Assembly: GCA_963828195.1 (NCBI GenBank)
Contig: CAWHDT010000007.1
Coordinates: 224,001 to 288,000 of the forward strand
Direction: 5' to 3'
Source of the DNA: Candidatus Bathyarchaeota archaeon
GTDB taxonomy: Archaea; Thermoproteota; Bathyarchaeia; Bathyarchaeales; Bathycorpusculaceae
Length of the DNA: 64,000 nucleotides
Shown here: one piece after another, positions 47,990 through 57,817 of the stretch
Layout: each line of letters begins with the position of its first letter
Numbering within the stretch: position 1 is the stretch's first letter
Notes under the pieces: generated by a model
Told to the model about the DNA's origin: nothing
The model's database searches: none
Seen by the model: only the letters and a program-made list of their open reading frames with translations
Position numbers and translations under genes: made by a program

Positions 47990-49279
47990 ATGAGCAGCTC
48001 CAAACAGGTAAAGAAGTATCTGGTTCCATCCTTACTTATAGTGATACTTGCAATTTCAATTTTAGCAGCCTACACAACATATCATAGTGGAAACCTGCCG
48101 AAAGCAAATCCTGACGTTTACATCGGAGTAGCTTTTGGAGGAAACACCACAGAAGAAGCCAAGCTGCTTATTGACAGAGTGAAAAGTTACACAAATCTCT
48201 TCGTCTTGGATGCTGGCAGAAACGCAATTAGCGAAAACGAAACAAGCGTAGAGGAAATTTGCGATTACGCTGTCTCTCAAGGTTTAAGCGTTATAATAAA
48301 CCTCGGGGTAAGTGACCCTCTTGGAAGAAACGTTTCTGACGACAGCTGGTTCTGGCAACAACCACTAAATATTACTGAGCAATGGACACAACGTTGGGGC
48401 AGCAAATTTCTGGGCTTATACTACAATGACGAGCCAGGAGGGGTACAACTCAACGGGAACTGGACAGCTTGGTTTTCGACTTACGGCGAGGAATACCTAA
48501 ATAATAATTCTACTGCCAGCATTGACCTCAACCAGATCTACTTGAAATTGTTTGCTTACATGGACAACGGAACGGACCCTCAAAACTACAATGTGGAAGC
48601 TGACTTTTTTGTTCAAGACATTCTTAAGGACGACCCTGGACTTTCAGCCCTGAACGCTGCTGGAGTCACTGCATACACTTCCGATTATGGCCTATACTGG
48701 TATGATTACTTGGGAGGATACAACGTTTTGTTCGCTGAGTTGGGTGGGAATACCAGTGTAGCGGGACAAATAGCCTTGGTTAAAGGAGCAGCAAGACTTC
48801 AAGATAAAGAGTGGGGAACAATGATCACTTGGGAGTATTCCTCGGCGCCTTACCTTGAAAGCGGAGACCAAATGTACGATCAAATGTTGACCTCTTATGA
48901 AGCAGGAGCGAAATACATTGTGATTTTCGATTATCCATACCTTGAGGGCAACAATTATGGTGCGTTGACTAATGATCAATTTAATGCACTTCAAAGATTC
49001 TGGAATAACATAACGCAAAAGAAATTTCCCGATTTGAGCGGTCCAGAAGCCGTATTGGTGCTGCCTGAAAATTATGGATGGGGCATACCGAATGCCAACA
49101 ACACAATTTGGGGTTTCTGGCCGACTGACAACAAAACCCAGCAGATTGCTTTAGCCACAAACAAACTTTTAACCCAATATGGCGTCAGCCTCGACATAGT
49201 GTATGATGACCCAGCTTTCCCCATTTCAAATGTGGGCTACAAGTACGTTTACTACTGGAACTCGACAAACATCCCATAG
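47990..49279 (+). CDS. Membrane-anchored extracellular protein, possibly a glycoside-hydrolase-like TIM barrel
   Basis: N-terminal TM, many N-x-S/T sequons, FLGLYYNDEPGG, aromatic-rich. Confidence 0.65.
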   Translation: MSSSKQVKKYLVPSLLIVILAISILAAYTTYHSGNLPKANPDVYIGVAFGGNTTEEAKLLIDRVKSYTNLFVLDAGRNAISENETSVEEICDYAVSQGLSVIINLGVSDPLGRNVSDDSWFWQQPLNITEQWTQRWGSKFLGLYYNDEPGGVQLNGNWTAWFSTYGEEYLNNNSTASIDLNQIYLKLFAYMDNGTDPQNYNVEADFFVQDILKDDPGLSALNAAGVTAYTSDYGLYWYDYLGGYNVLFAELGGNTSVAGQIALVKGAARLQDKEWGTMITWEYSSAPYLESGDQMYDQMLTSYEAGAKYIVIFDYPYLEGNNYGALTNDQFNALQRFWNNITQKKFPDLSGPEAVLVLPENYGWGIPNANNTIWGFWPTDNKTQQIALATNKLLTQYGVSLDIVYDDPAFPISNVGYKYVYYWNSTNIP

Positions 49280-49354
49280 GCTTCCGCGATAGTTGCCCTT
49301 GTTGGAAATCCTTAATTAATAGCTTACCGTAATGCTGATACGGAAGGATAAAAT

Positions 49355-49726
49355 TTGAGTGATGAAATTTCAAGATTACCGCCTAACGTGCAAGAAAGGC
49401 TTCTTAGACTGCAACAACTGCAGCAAACCCTCCAGTCAATTTTAGCGCAGAAACAGCAGGTTGAAATGGAAAAAACAGAAGTTGAACAGACAGTAGCTGA
49501 ACTGCAGAAAACCGCTGAAGACGCAGTTATTTACAAAGCAATCGGTTCACTGCTGGTTAAAGCGGAGAAGCCGAAAGTAACCGAAGACCTTGTTGAGCGA
49601 AAAGAACTTTTGGAAACAAGAAGCACCGTTCTGGCACGACAAGAAGAGCGCATGCGCAGCCAAATAAAAGAAGCCCAGACAAAACTCCAAGAAGACCTAA
49701 GCCCAGTTTCTCAGCCATCATCTTAG
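49355..49726 (+). CDS. pfdB: Prefoldin subunit beta
   Basis: LPPNVQ..QQLQQ coiled coils flanking the IYKAIGSLLVK hairpin. Confidence 0.93.
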   Translation: MSDEISRLPPNVQERLLRLQQLQQTLQSILAQKQQVEMEKTEVEQTVAELQKTAEDAVIYKAIGSLLVKAEKPKVTEDLVERKELLETRSTVLARQEERMRSQIKEAQTKLQEDLSPVSQPSS

Positions 49727-49728
49727 AG

Positions 49729-50025
49729 GTGAAGCTTGTGGTAGAGCTGGGGATACCAGAGCTAACCACCGAGCAAATAGAAACTTTATGTTCAACAGCG
49801 GAGAACGCCGCCAGAAAATACGTCCTTTCTAAAGTTCGCTCTAAAATGATTGATAGGCTGGATATTTGCGTGGAAGCCTCTGGGTCAAAACCGCTTGATG
49901 TTTCAGTGGAGATAGACCTTGATTTGTCGCCAGACGCTAAGGGCGTTAATGCTGAGACGCTGGTTAAAGAAGCCGTAGATGAAGCTCACAGAGCAAGTGA
50001 AAATTATTTGAGAAAAATAAAATGA
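49729..50025 (+). CDS. DUF3194 family protein
   Basis: IPELTTEQIE..AENAARKYV..LDICV; position after pfdB. Confidence 0.75.
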   Translation: MKLVVELGIPELTTEQIETLCSTAENAARKYVLSKVRSKMIDRLDICVEASGSKPLDVSVEIDLDLSPDAKGVNAETLVKEAVDEAHRASENYLRKIK

Positions 50026-51020
50026 ACGATTTCCAAAACTTAACTAAAATTTTAGAAGATACGAAAGCATCTTTTGTCCTTTTACTGTGCCATCGTAGTG
50101 CAGACGCTGACGCCATATGCTCAGCTTACGCGTTGCAGGGTTTGCTTAAACGGTTTTTACCTAATGTTGTGATTGAGGTTGGGTGTCCTCAGGGCATCAA
50201 CAAGCCGTCCAAGCTGCTTCTGGAGTATTTGCCTATAACTGTTAATTTGAACCCGAACATCGAATCTGCAGACGTAATCATGCTCTTGGATATGAACACT
50301 ATTGAACAGCTGGATCAAGTGGTTGAAACAATTAAAAAGTCTCCCGCCCCAAAAATCATAATTGACCATCACTCCCCGAACCCAGAAACAGCAAAAATCT
50401 GCAGTTTATGCATTGTAGATGAGACTGCAGCCGCCAACTGTGAAATAATCCATAGACTTTTTATACAATCTAAAACCAAGCCCAGCTTGAACGAGGCTAA
50501 GGCTTTGTTTGTCGGCATTGCCTTTGACACACGACATTTCGCGTTGGCAAGTGCTTCTACTATTCAAATCGTCGCTAAATTGGTGACTCAGGGGATAGAT
50601 GTGCAGCAAACATTGGCGCAGTTTGCTCTGCCGATAGACACGTCTGAACGCTTAGCTAAGCTGAAGGCTTGCAAAAGAGCTAAAATCGTCAAGGTCAACG
50701 GTTGGATAATTGCTCTCTCTCATGTCAGCGCTTACCAAGCTCCAGCAGCTAAAGCTCTGGTTGATTTAGGAGCCCACATGTCGGCTGTTGCGGGAGAGAA
50801 AAACGGGAAAATAGAGATAAGTCTGCGTTGTACTCGCCAGTTCACTGAGCAGGCAGGCGTCAATTTGGGAACAGATATTGCGGCGCCTTTAGGCGAGTAT
50901 TTGCATGGAGTTGGCGGTGGTCACGCTATGGCGTCTGGGGTAAGCGGCGCTGGCGAGATAGAGCCGGTGCTTAAGCAGTGTCTGCTGCTGCTGAGGCAGA
51001 AGATAATCAAAAATGTGTAG
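50022..51020 (+). CDS. DHH/DHHA1 family phosphoesterase
   Basis: CHRSADADA, LLD, IIDHH, GIAFDT, GGGHAMASG. Confidence 0.9.
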   Translation: MNDFQNLTKILEDTKASFVLLLCHRSADADAICSAYALQGLLKRFLPNVVIEVGCPQGINKPSKLLLEYLPITVNLNPNIESADVIMLLDMNTIEQLDQVVETIKKSPAPKIIIDHHSPNPETAKICSLCIVDETAAANCEIIHRLFIQSKTKPSLNEAKALFVGIAFDTRHFALASASTIQIVAKLVTQGIDVQQTLAQFALPIDTSERLAKLKACKRAKIVKVNGWIIALSHVSAYQAPAAKALVDLGAHMSAVAGEKNGKIEISLRCTRQFTEQAGVNLGTDIAAPLGEYLHGVGGGHAMASGVSGAGEIEPVLKQCLLLLRQKIIKNV

Positions 51021-51068
51021 CTACGCTTAAATGAGCAAACCTCACGCTTAAGTTAGCAGGCACAAAAA

Positions 51069-51920
51069 ATGGCTATAATTGAAACAAAAAACCTAACCTA
51101 CACTTATCCCGGCGCATCTAAACCCTCAATCATTGATGTGTCGTTTAAAGTGGAGAAAGGCGAGTTTGTTTTAATTACAGGACCAAGCGGCTGCGGAAAA
51201 ACAACTTTGTGCCGATGCTTCAACGGTTTGATACCTCACTTCTACCAAGGGGAACTGAAAGGCGAAATTTCAGTTGCAGGCGAAGACACCCTTAAACATC
51301 ACACCTACGAAATGGCAAAACACGTAGGCTTAGTGTTCCAGAACCCCGAAAACCAGCTTTTCGCCCTATCCGTCGAGAAAGACGTGGCATTCGGGCTCGA
51401 AAACCTCGGAACACCGCGGGAAGAAATGAGAAAAAAAGTTGATTGGGCGCTAAACCAAACAGGCATTTATGACTTGCGTGAGCGTTCGCCTCATGAGATT
51501 TCAGGGGGGCAGCAGCAGCGCGTGGCGATAGCGTCTGTTCTCGCGATGGAGCCTGAAATTATTGTTTTAGATGAGCCAACATCTTTCCTTGACCCCTTGA
51601 GCGCTGAGAAAATTTTTGAGGTAATTTATGAATTAAACAAGAAGCAGGGAATAACCGTCGTTCTTGTGGAGCACAGATTGGATTTAACCGCAAAATACGC
51701 GGATCATCTGATCGTTATGGATGAAGGAAAAGTCCGTTACGAAGGAAACCCAAGGGAAATTCTCAACTCCGAAGAAACCCGTTTAATCGGTGTCGGAATC
51801 CCCAAAGCCACGTTACTGTATCAGATGCTAAGAAAGGACGGCTTAAACCTCGGCGGCAACACACCGCTCTCTTCCGAAGAGTTAGCTGACCAACTGTTGG
51901 AGACGTTGAAAACCAAATGA
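51069..51920 (+). CDS. ECF transporter ATPase (EcfA)
   Basis: GPSGCGKT, VFQNPENQL, ISGGQQQR, LDEPTS. Confidence 0.92.
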   Translation: MAIIETKNLTYTYPGASKPSIIDVSFKVEKGEFVLITGPSGCGKTTLCRCFNGLIPHFYQGELKGEISVAGEDTLKHHTYEMAKHVGLVFQNPENQLFALSVEKDVAFGLENLGTPREEMRKKVDWALNQTGIYDLRERSPHEISGGQQQRVAIASVLAMEPEIIVLDEPTSFLDPLSAEKIFEVIYELNKKQGITVVLVEHRLDLTAKYADHLIVMDEGKVRYEGNPREILNSEETRLIGVGIPKATLLYQMLRKDGLNLGGNTPLSSEELADQLLETLKTK

Positions 51921-52744
51921 TCGTGGCTGAAAACTTGCATTTCTCGTATCCTAACAGAGTCGAGGCTTTGAAAGGGGTTTCTTTAACGATAAAGGACGGC
52001 GAATTCGTCGCGATCATGGGGCAAAACGGCGCTGGAAAATCAACGTTTGTCAAGCATTTCAACGGGCTCCTAAAACCCACAGCGGGAAAAGTCTGTGTGG
52101 ACGGCGTTGAAACCACTAAAACAAGCGTTGCGGCTTTATCTAGAAACGTAGGTTTTGTTTTCCAAAATCCAGACCATCAACTGTTCAGCGAAACGGTAGA
52201 AGAGGAAATCGCGTTTGCCCTCAGAAACTTCGGGTTCGAACCAGAAGTCGTGGAGAAGCGGGTAACATGGGCTTTGAATCTTCTGGCGTTAACCCAGTAC
52301 CGCAAAACGTCTCCTTTCCTTCTAAGCGGTGGCGAACGGAAGCGGGTTGCGTTGGCTTCCGTTTTGGCTTGGGATCCAAAGGCTTTGATTTTGGATGAAC
52401 CCACCATCGGGCAGGACCACGAGCAAAAAGAGATTCTGCGCCAGTTCATAATGCAGATGCAAACTCAAGGAAAAACCGTCGTGATAGTCACGCATGATGT
52501 GGAGTTTGTGGCTGAATGCAATCCCCGCGTTGTTTTGATGAAGGAGGGAAAAATCGTTGCAGAAGGCGACGGAAAAGACATCTTGACAAACCCAGAGGTT
52601 TTAGCTGAATCCTCGATCGTTCTGCCGCAGATAGCTCAAATCTTCATGAGGCTGTCGCAGTTAGGGTTCCCGAAGAACATCATTGATATTTACGAAGCTG
52701 AAAAAACAATTTTGAACGTCAAGGAGACTAAAACGGCGAAATGA
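51917..52744 (+). CDS. ECF transporter ATPase (EcfA')
   Basis: GQNGAGKST, VFQNPDHQL, LSGGERKR, LDEPTIGQD. Confidence 0.92.
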   Translation: MIVAENLHFSYPNRVEALKGVSLTIKDGEFVAIMGQNGAGKSTFVKHFNGLLKPTAGKVCVDGVETTKTSVAALSRNVGFVFQNPDHQLFSETVEEEIAFALRNFGFEPEVVEKRVTWALNLLALTQYRKTSPFLLSGGERKRVALASVLAWDPKALILDEPTIGQDHEQKEILRQFIMQMQTQGKTVVIVTHDVEFVAECNPRVVLMKEGKIVAEGDGKDILTNPEVLAESSIVLPQIAQIFMRLSQLGFPKNIIDIYEAEKTILNVKETKTAK

Positions 52745-53529
52745 GTGTTTTTGACGGCTTAAAGTTCAGAAAGGTTTCCTCGCCAATCCACAATTTGGAT
52801 CCAAGGGTAAAATTCGCCTACGTCATCTCCATCTTTGTAGTCGCCATCCTTTTCTACCAGATCATTCCGCTGCTTATTCTGTTTCTTCTGCAGATTCCCT
52901 TTGTGCTGTTGGCTCGTGTGCAGAGGCAGTGGCTGCGTTCGCTTCGAGGAGCCGCTTTTTTGGCAGCGGTCATCTTTGTAGTTAACGTCGGCACGGATTA
53001 TTTTACTTCGGGCTACAGGTTAACTGCTCCTAACATCGAGGGCGCTGTCGGTTTGACTTTGCGTTTTGTGGTGCTTGTTGAGTCTTTCTCAGTGTTCTTT
53101 TTGACGACTTCGCCTGACCACCTGGGGTTAGCGTTGGAGGAATCGCATGTGCCATACGAGTTCGCTTTCGCCTTCACCACCGCAGTGCGTTTCGTTCCTG
53201 TTCTGGCGGAGGAAGCCCAAACAATAATGGATGCGCAGAAAGCCAGAGGATTAGAGCTGGAAAAAGGCGGTTTCCTAAAGAAAATCAGAAATTACGTCCC
53301 CGTGCTTATACCACTCATTGTTAGCGCCATCCGAAGAAGCCTAGAGCTGGCTGAGGCAATGGAGTCACGGGCTTGGGGAGCCACAAAAAAACGCACCAAC
53401 CTGTACGCTCTAAAACTACACAAAGGAGACTACGCTCTTATTGCAATCACTGTCGGAATCATAGTCATATCCGTTTATGTCCGCTTGTATGTGCCGATTC
53501 CAACAATAGTTCACCTGCTGCAACATTAA
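52741..53529 (+). CDS. ecfT: ECF transporter transmembrane T component
   Basis: LDPRVK, AVRFVP, AQKARG and AMESRAW motifs. Confidence 0.92.
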   Translation: MSVFDGLKFRKVSSPIHNLDPRVKFAYVISIFVVAILFYQIIPLLILFLLQIPFVLLARVQRQWLRSLRGAAFLAAVIFVVNVGTDYFTSGYRLTAPNIEGAVGLTLRFVVLVESFSVFFLTTSPDHLGLALEESHVPYEFAFAFTTAVRFVPVLAEEAQTIMDAQKARGLELEKGGFLKKIRNYVPVLIPLIVSAIRRSLELAEAMESRAWGATKKRTNLYALKLHKGDYALIAITVGIIVISVYVRLYVPIPTIVHLLQH

Positions 53530-53608
53530 AGTCACTGTTTATGCTGCCGGAACGCAGAGTACAAATTAGGTTTTTGGCGCGGTAGCACTTTTTGACTGGC
53601 TTTTTTAC

Positions 53609-53794
53609 CAATTTCAAATTTTGAAAGAACAACAACACCCGGAAAACAACTGTTGTTCTTCTCGGCGATCAATATTTTTAAAAGAAGAAGAAGCTGATGA
53701 AAACAATTTTTCTTCTTCTTCTTCTGCAGGCCATATTTAATGCATTTTTTTGGAGTAAATACTAGACCCCTCATAGGGTAGGTCTATAGGTAGG
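53609..53794. repeat. Dispersed double-hairpin element, copy 2
   Basis: Arms AAGAACAACA/TGTTGTTCTT (53625-53660) and AAGAAGAAGAAG/CTTCTTCTTCTT (53682-53723); AGGTCTATAGGTAGG at 53780-53794. Confidence 0.8.
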
Positions 53795-54075
53795 GGTGTT
53801 TGGGTGTCCGCTACAGTCTATCCTCCGGTCTGCTAGATGCGTCTATTAGATGCCAAACATGATTCAACATGGCGCTGCATCGAATAGGAGCCGCGCACTT
53901 TCAACATGAAACGGCGCTTTTTGTCTGCAGAACCCCTTATTTTTGATTGTCTATTCGGTGCTGAAACACTGAAAGTCAAAGACGGCACAACCTCTTTTAC
54001 AATGCTTTCATTTGTAATGGCAATATATTTTAATGTTGACCATAGATAATCAACTAATGTGGATGAGTGAGTTGC

Positions 54076-54303
54076 ATGGAAGAAGTTTCGGATAGAATTG
54101 TCATAGACTGTGAAATTCTAGCTGGGAAACCAGTGATTAAGGGGACGCGTATTCCAGTTTACCTCATCATTGAACTTCTTGGCAACGGTTTATCTGAAAT
54201 TGAAGTGCTTAGGCAATACCCGACGCTTAAAAGGGAGGATATCAAAGCAGCACTTCTTTACGCTTCGAAGTGCGTTGAGAACGAAGAAACAATTACCCTC
54301 TAA
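54076..54303 (+). CDS. DUF433 family putative antitoxin
   Basis: ILAGKPVIKGTRIPV..YPTLKREDIKAALLYA. Confidence 0.92.
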   Translation: MEEVSDRIVIDCEILAGKPVIKGTRIPVYLIIELLGNGLSEIEVLRQYPTLKREDIKAALLYASKCVENEETITL

Positions 54304-54320
54304 AAGAGCCTGCTTAACGC

Positions 54321-54677
54321 TTGCCTCGAATAATAATTGATGAGAACATCCCAAGAGACGCCAAAGAATGGCTCACAAAAAAAGGCTTTGATACAATAGG
54401 CGTTTCTCAAACTCATCTTAAAAGCGCCAAAGACTATTTCATAGCACAATACGCCGCACAAAACGACCTGACACTCCTCACTCTGGACAAAAACTTCTCT
54501 CAAATCTACCGCACTTTTAAAAAAGACCAAATAACCATTATAATCATAAAAGCAAGCCCAGCTACCCCCAGCAACATCATAGAAGCCCTAAATGCCGCCC
54601 AACAAAAAATAAATCTGAAAGAAGCAAAAAACAAGTTAATCATTATCAGTAAAAAGAAAATCAGAATAATTAGTTAA
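54321..54677 (+). CDS. DUF5615 PIN-like toxin (VapC45-like)
   Basis: IIIDENIP, GFD, AKD..I..YA, LLTLDKNF; follows DUF433. Confidence 0.85.
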   Translation: MPRIIIDENIPRDAKEWLTKKGFDTIGVSQTHLKSAKDYFIAQYAAQNDLTLLTLDKNFSQIYRTFKKDQITIIIIKASPATPSNIIEALNAAQQKINLKEAKNKLIIISKKKIRIIS

Positions 54678-54729
54678 CCTAAGGATGAATCCTTAATAGC
54701 AAACCAACTTGAAGACAAGGCAAAAATTG

Positions 54730-55602
54730 ATGGCTGAGCACACGCGTTTTGGTCCAGCAGGGGTTCCGCCGATGTTCAGGCTTATGGGAGCAGACTTGCC
54801 CGATGTCCCTCGGCTGCTGCGTGAGGAAGGCTTGGATGCCTTGGAGTACGAGGCAGTCCGTTGGGGTCCAAAGCCGCAGATCAGGCAGGAACTTGCGGAA
54901 AAGCTCGGTGCGGCGGCGAGGGAAAATGATGTACGCCTCAGCCTTCATGGATCTTACTTCATTAACCTGTCAGGCAAAAAAGACGTCGTAGAAGCAAGCA
55001 AACGGCGTCTAATTGCGTCAGCCACCGCGGCGGACTGGATGGGAGCCTACGTCATGGTGTTCCACACGGGGTTTTACGGGCGCTTGGACAAAGAGTTTGC
55101 CTTCAAAACCTGTCTAAACGCCTTAAAAGAAGTTAACGCGGAAATGAGGAGCCTGGGGCTCAAAGTGAAGCTTGGACCCGAAACGATGGGAAGAAAATTT
55201 CAGGTCGGCAGCCTCGACGAGATACTAACGCTTAACCAAGAAATCGAAGACACCCAGCTGGTCGTTGACTGGGCACACCTCTACGCCCTGCATCAAGGAG
55301 CCTTAAAGAAAACCGAAGACTTCAGGGCAATCGCCGAAAAAATCGAGCAGAGACTCGGCACAGAAGCAATGCGAAGCATGCACTGTCACTTCTCAAAAAT
55401 CGAGTTCAACGCCCAAGGCGAAAAAAAACACCACCCCCTCGACGAAGAAAAATATGGACCAGACTTCCGCATGCTATCCGAAGTCATCGCAGACTTCCAA
55501 ATGCATCCCACTATGATATGCGAATCCCCGCTTTTAGATGTTGACGCAAGAAAAATGAAAGAAATACTGCAAGAGATTCTTGGGAAAAACAATAAAGGCT
55601 GA
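54730..55602 (+). CDS. nfo: Endonuclease IV family (AP endonuclease 2) TIM-barrel protein
   Basis: LSLHGSYFINL, FHTGFY, PETMGRK.QVG, DWAHL, HCHFSKIE, ICESP. Confidence 0.88.
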   Translation: MAEHTRFGPAGVPPMFRLMGADLPDVPRLLREEGLDALEYEAVRWGPKPQIRQELAEKLGAAARENDVRLSLHGSYFINLSGKKDVVEASKRRLIASATAADWMGAYVMVFHTGFYGRLDKEFAFKTCLNALKEVNAEMRSLGLKVKLGPETMGRKFQVGSLDEILTLNQEIEDTQLVVDWAHLYALHQGALKKTEDFRAIAEKIEQRLGTEAMRSMHCHFSKIEFNAQGEKKHHPLDEEKYGPDFRMLSEVIADFQMHPTMICESPLLDVDARKMKEILQEILGKNNKG

Positions 55603-55675
55603 AAAAGCTTTAGGGCTGTCTTGATAAAATTTTTAGTCAAAAAACCTAAAATCCTTCATAATTTATGCTATTGCC

Positions 55676-56413
55676 ATGGTTGCAGGAATTAATTCGCTAC
55701 ATCGCATATTGAAGGACGAGACAAGAAGAAAAATTATATCGGTGCTAAACGAAAAAGGTAGTTTAAGTTACACCGATTTAATGAGTAATTTAGGCATCCC
55801 CAATACTGGAAAATTAAATTACCACTTGAAAGTTCTTAACGGTCTGTTAATGAAAACAGAAGATGGAAAATATGTTTTAACCGAGAAAGGTTTTCTTGCG
55901 TCGCGTTTACTTCAGGAGTTTGATGAAAAGAAAAGCGAGTCTGAAATTGAAGCTTCTTTCCCAAAGGCATTTTACATCGTGGCATTTTTGTTTGCCGCGG
56001 TTTTCATTATCACATCGTTCGCGTCTTATATTACAGGTACGATCGATTTCAACCTGTTTCTTATGTATATCGTAATAGCAATTGTAGGAGTCATTTTTGT
56101 TTTTGTCGCTGAAAAAGCACGGGTTAAAAGAGCAGCTTGGATGCCTAAGCGTCAGATGCTTGGAGCGGAAATTACTTTCATTACAGTCGGCGCTTTGGCT
56201 GGGGCAATTGCTTGTTTCTTTGGCGTCGGTTTACTTTTGGTAGGTATAAATGGCGCCGGCGTTCCTGTTAGACTGGTGGGCTTTATTACTTTTAACACGT
56301 TTATTGCTATCAGCTTCAGTTTGGGTGCAATAGTAGGCGCATTATTGGGGTACTGGTTTTACAAGAAAAGCAAATATTCCAAAATCAGGTATTATGACCC
56401 ATTCGCAGAATAA
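55676..56413 (+). CDS. Winged-HTH regulator fused to a multi-TM membrane domain
   Basis: LKDETRRKII..SYTDLM..TGKLNYHLKVL; about 4 C-terminal TMs. Confidence 0.8.
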   Translation: MVAGINSLHRILKDETRRKIISVLNEKGSLSYTDLMSNLGIPNTGKLNYHLKVLNGLLMKTEDGKYVLTEKGFLASRLLQEFDEKKSESEIEASFPKAFYIVAFLFAAVFIITSFASYITGTIDFNLFLMYIVIAIVGVIFVFVAEKARVKRAAWMPKRQMLGAEITFITVGALAGAIACFFGVGLLLVGINGAGVPVRLVGFITFNTFIAISFSLGAIVGALLGYWFYKKSKYSKIRYYDPFAE

Positions 56414-56428
56414 GGAAGCCTGCTCTAG

Positions 56429-57046
56429 CTATTTTTTGTTTTGTTGAACTATTAAGCGTTCAGCTAGTTGTAGTTCCTGTATTGTGTTGATGTTCACGGC
56501 TAATTCCTCGACGTCGAGTAGGTAGATGTCTTGGTCGAGCCATTCGTCCCCGTAACGTTTGTGCCCATCTATAACGTTGATGCCTACGGGAACCACGTCT
56601 TCTTCATACAGTTTAAACGAGTACTCAACGCACATGCCGAGTTTGGTTTTGGTTTTAAGGGGAACAGCTACGGTTAAAGCGGGTTTGCCGCAGCGCTCGT
56701 ACCGCTCAACGATAGAGTCCACCGCTTGAGCTGTCACGAGCGGAAGGTCTGCTGCGATAGCCAAGAAAACACCGAGTTTCAGGGTTTGCGCTGCGTAGCC
56801 CATGTCGGAAACATAATCTTTCCCAGGCGTTTCAACCACTTTCACTGGGAACTGGCTGAGGAACTTTGCGGTTTTGGGTGTGCAGTTGCTGACCGCTACA
56901 ACGATGGAATCGATTTTCTTGGCGTTCTTTAGCGCTTCAAGCACGTATTCGATAACGGGTTTGCCGCAGACTTTAATCAGCGGCTTCTCCTCCGCGAGTC
57001 GCATGCGTGTTCCTTTTCCGCCAGCCATGACAAGTGCCGTTACCGT
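56429..57046 (-). CDS. cobY: GTP:adenosylcobinamide-phosphate guanylyltransferase (putative ACG start)
   Basis: ALVMAGGKGTRM..EKPL, TPGKDYVSD, ADLP, PVGIN, NINT; downstream of cobS. Confidence 0.88.
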   Translation of the reverse strand, partial: TVTALVMAGGKGTRMRLAEEKPLIKVCGKPVIEYVLEALKNAKKIDSIVVAVSNCTPKTAKFLSQFPVKVVETPGKDYVSDMGYAAQTLKLGVFLAIAADLPLVTAQAVDSIVERYERCGKPALTVAVPLKTKTKLGMCVEYSFKLYEEDVVPVGINVIDGHKRYGDEWLDQDIYLLDVEELAVNINTIQELQLAERLIVQQNKK

Positions 57047-57810
57047 ATAATCACCGCCAACAAAACAATTATGCACACCATTCTTGTCAACTCGTTGGTG
57101 GCGCCGAAGACGTCGCCTGTTACCCCGTTGAAGTGTCGATGTGCAATCGCAACCATAACTAAACCCGAAATTATCCCCGCTGAAACAACGAAAGCTCCTG
57201 CCCAACCTAACAGAGGGATAGCAACCGCTAAAGAAATCGCTATTGCGGCTATGAGGCGCAGGGTGCCTTTTCTTCCATGCATGGCTTCAAGGAAAGGGGA
57301 GTTCATGCCTTGGTGAACTGATCTTCCAGCCCGCGCCATAACAACCATGGAGAGCTTTGCTGAGGCTTCAACGGCGATGATGCCGCCGATTATCAGTGGG
57401 ATTTTGAATTCTCCGCTGCCTCCGACTTTTCCTATGGCTAAAGAAGTGATCAGCATGGTCATGATGCCTAATGATAAGCCGCCGGCGCCGGTGAACTGGT
57501 CATGCATAACCTCAATTTTGCGTTGGTATGTGCCAAGGACCATAACGCCGTCGCCGAAATCAAGTAACCCGTCGGTGTGATGAAGCCCCGTTATCAGAAG
57601 CAACATGGCTAAGACTAAGCCGCCTACAACTATGCTAGGTATAAACAGGGAAGCGACCCAGCCGAACACGCCTGCTAACAAGCCGATAAACGCGCCGATT
57701 ACAGGAAAAGCCCACATGCCGTTGGCGCAGTCAGTGAGCATGTTTTCATGTGTGGTTCTGCATAAAATTGTAAGGAAGGAACACAGGTTCTTTAACTCTC
57801 TAACAACCAA
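57040..57810 (-). CDS. cobS: Adenosylcobinamide-GDP ribazoletransferase
   Basis: SFLT, TGLHHTDGLLDFGDG, MHD..TGAGG, GVTGDVFGA. Confidence 0.93.
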   Translation of the reverse strand: MVVRELKNLCSFLTILCRTTHENMLTDCANGMWAFPVIGAFIGLLAGVFGWVASLFIPSIVVGGLVLAMLLLITGLHHTDGLLDFGDGVMVLGTYQRKIEVMHDQFTGAGGLSLGIMTMLITSLAIGKVGGSGEFKIPLIIGGIIAVEASAKLSMVVMARAGRSVHQGMNSPFLEAMHGRKGTLRLIAAIAISLAVAIPLLGWAGAFVVSAGIISGLVMVAIAHRHFNGVTGDVFGATNELTRMVCIIVLLAVIIR

Positions 57811-57817
57811 GCCAAAT

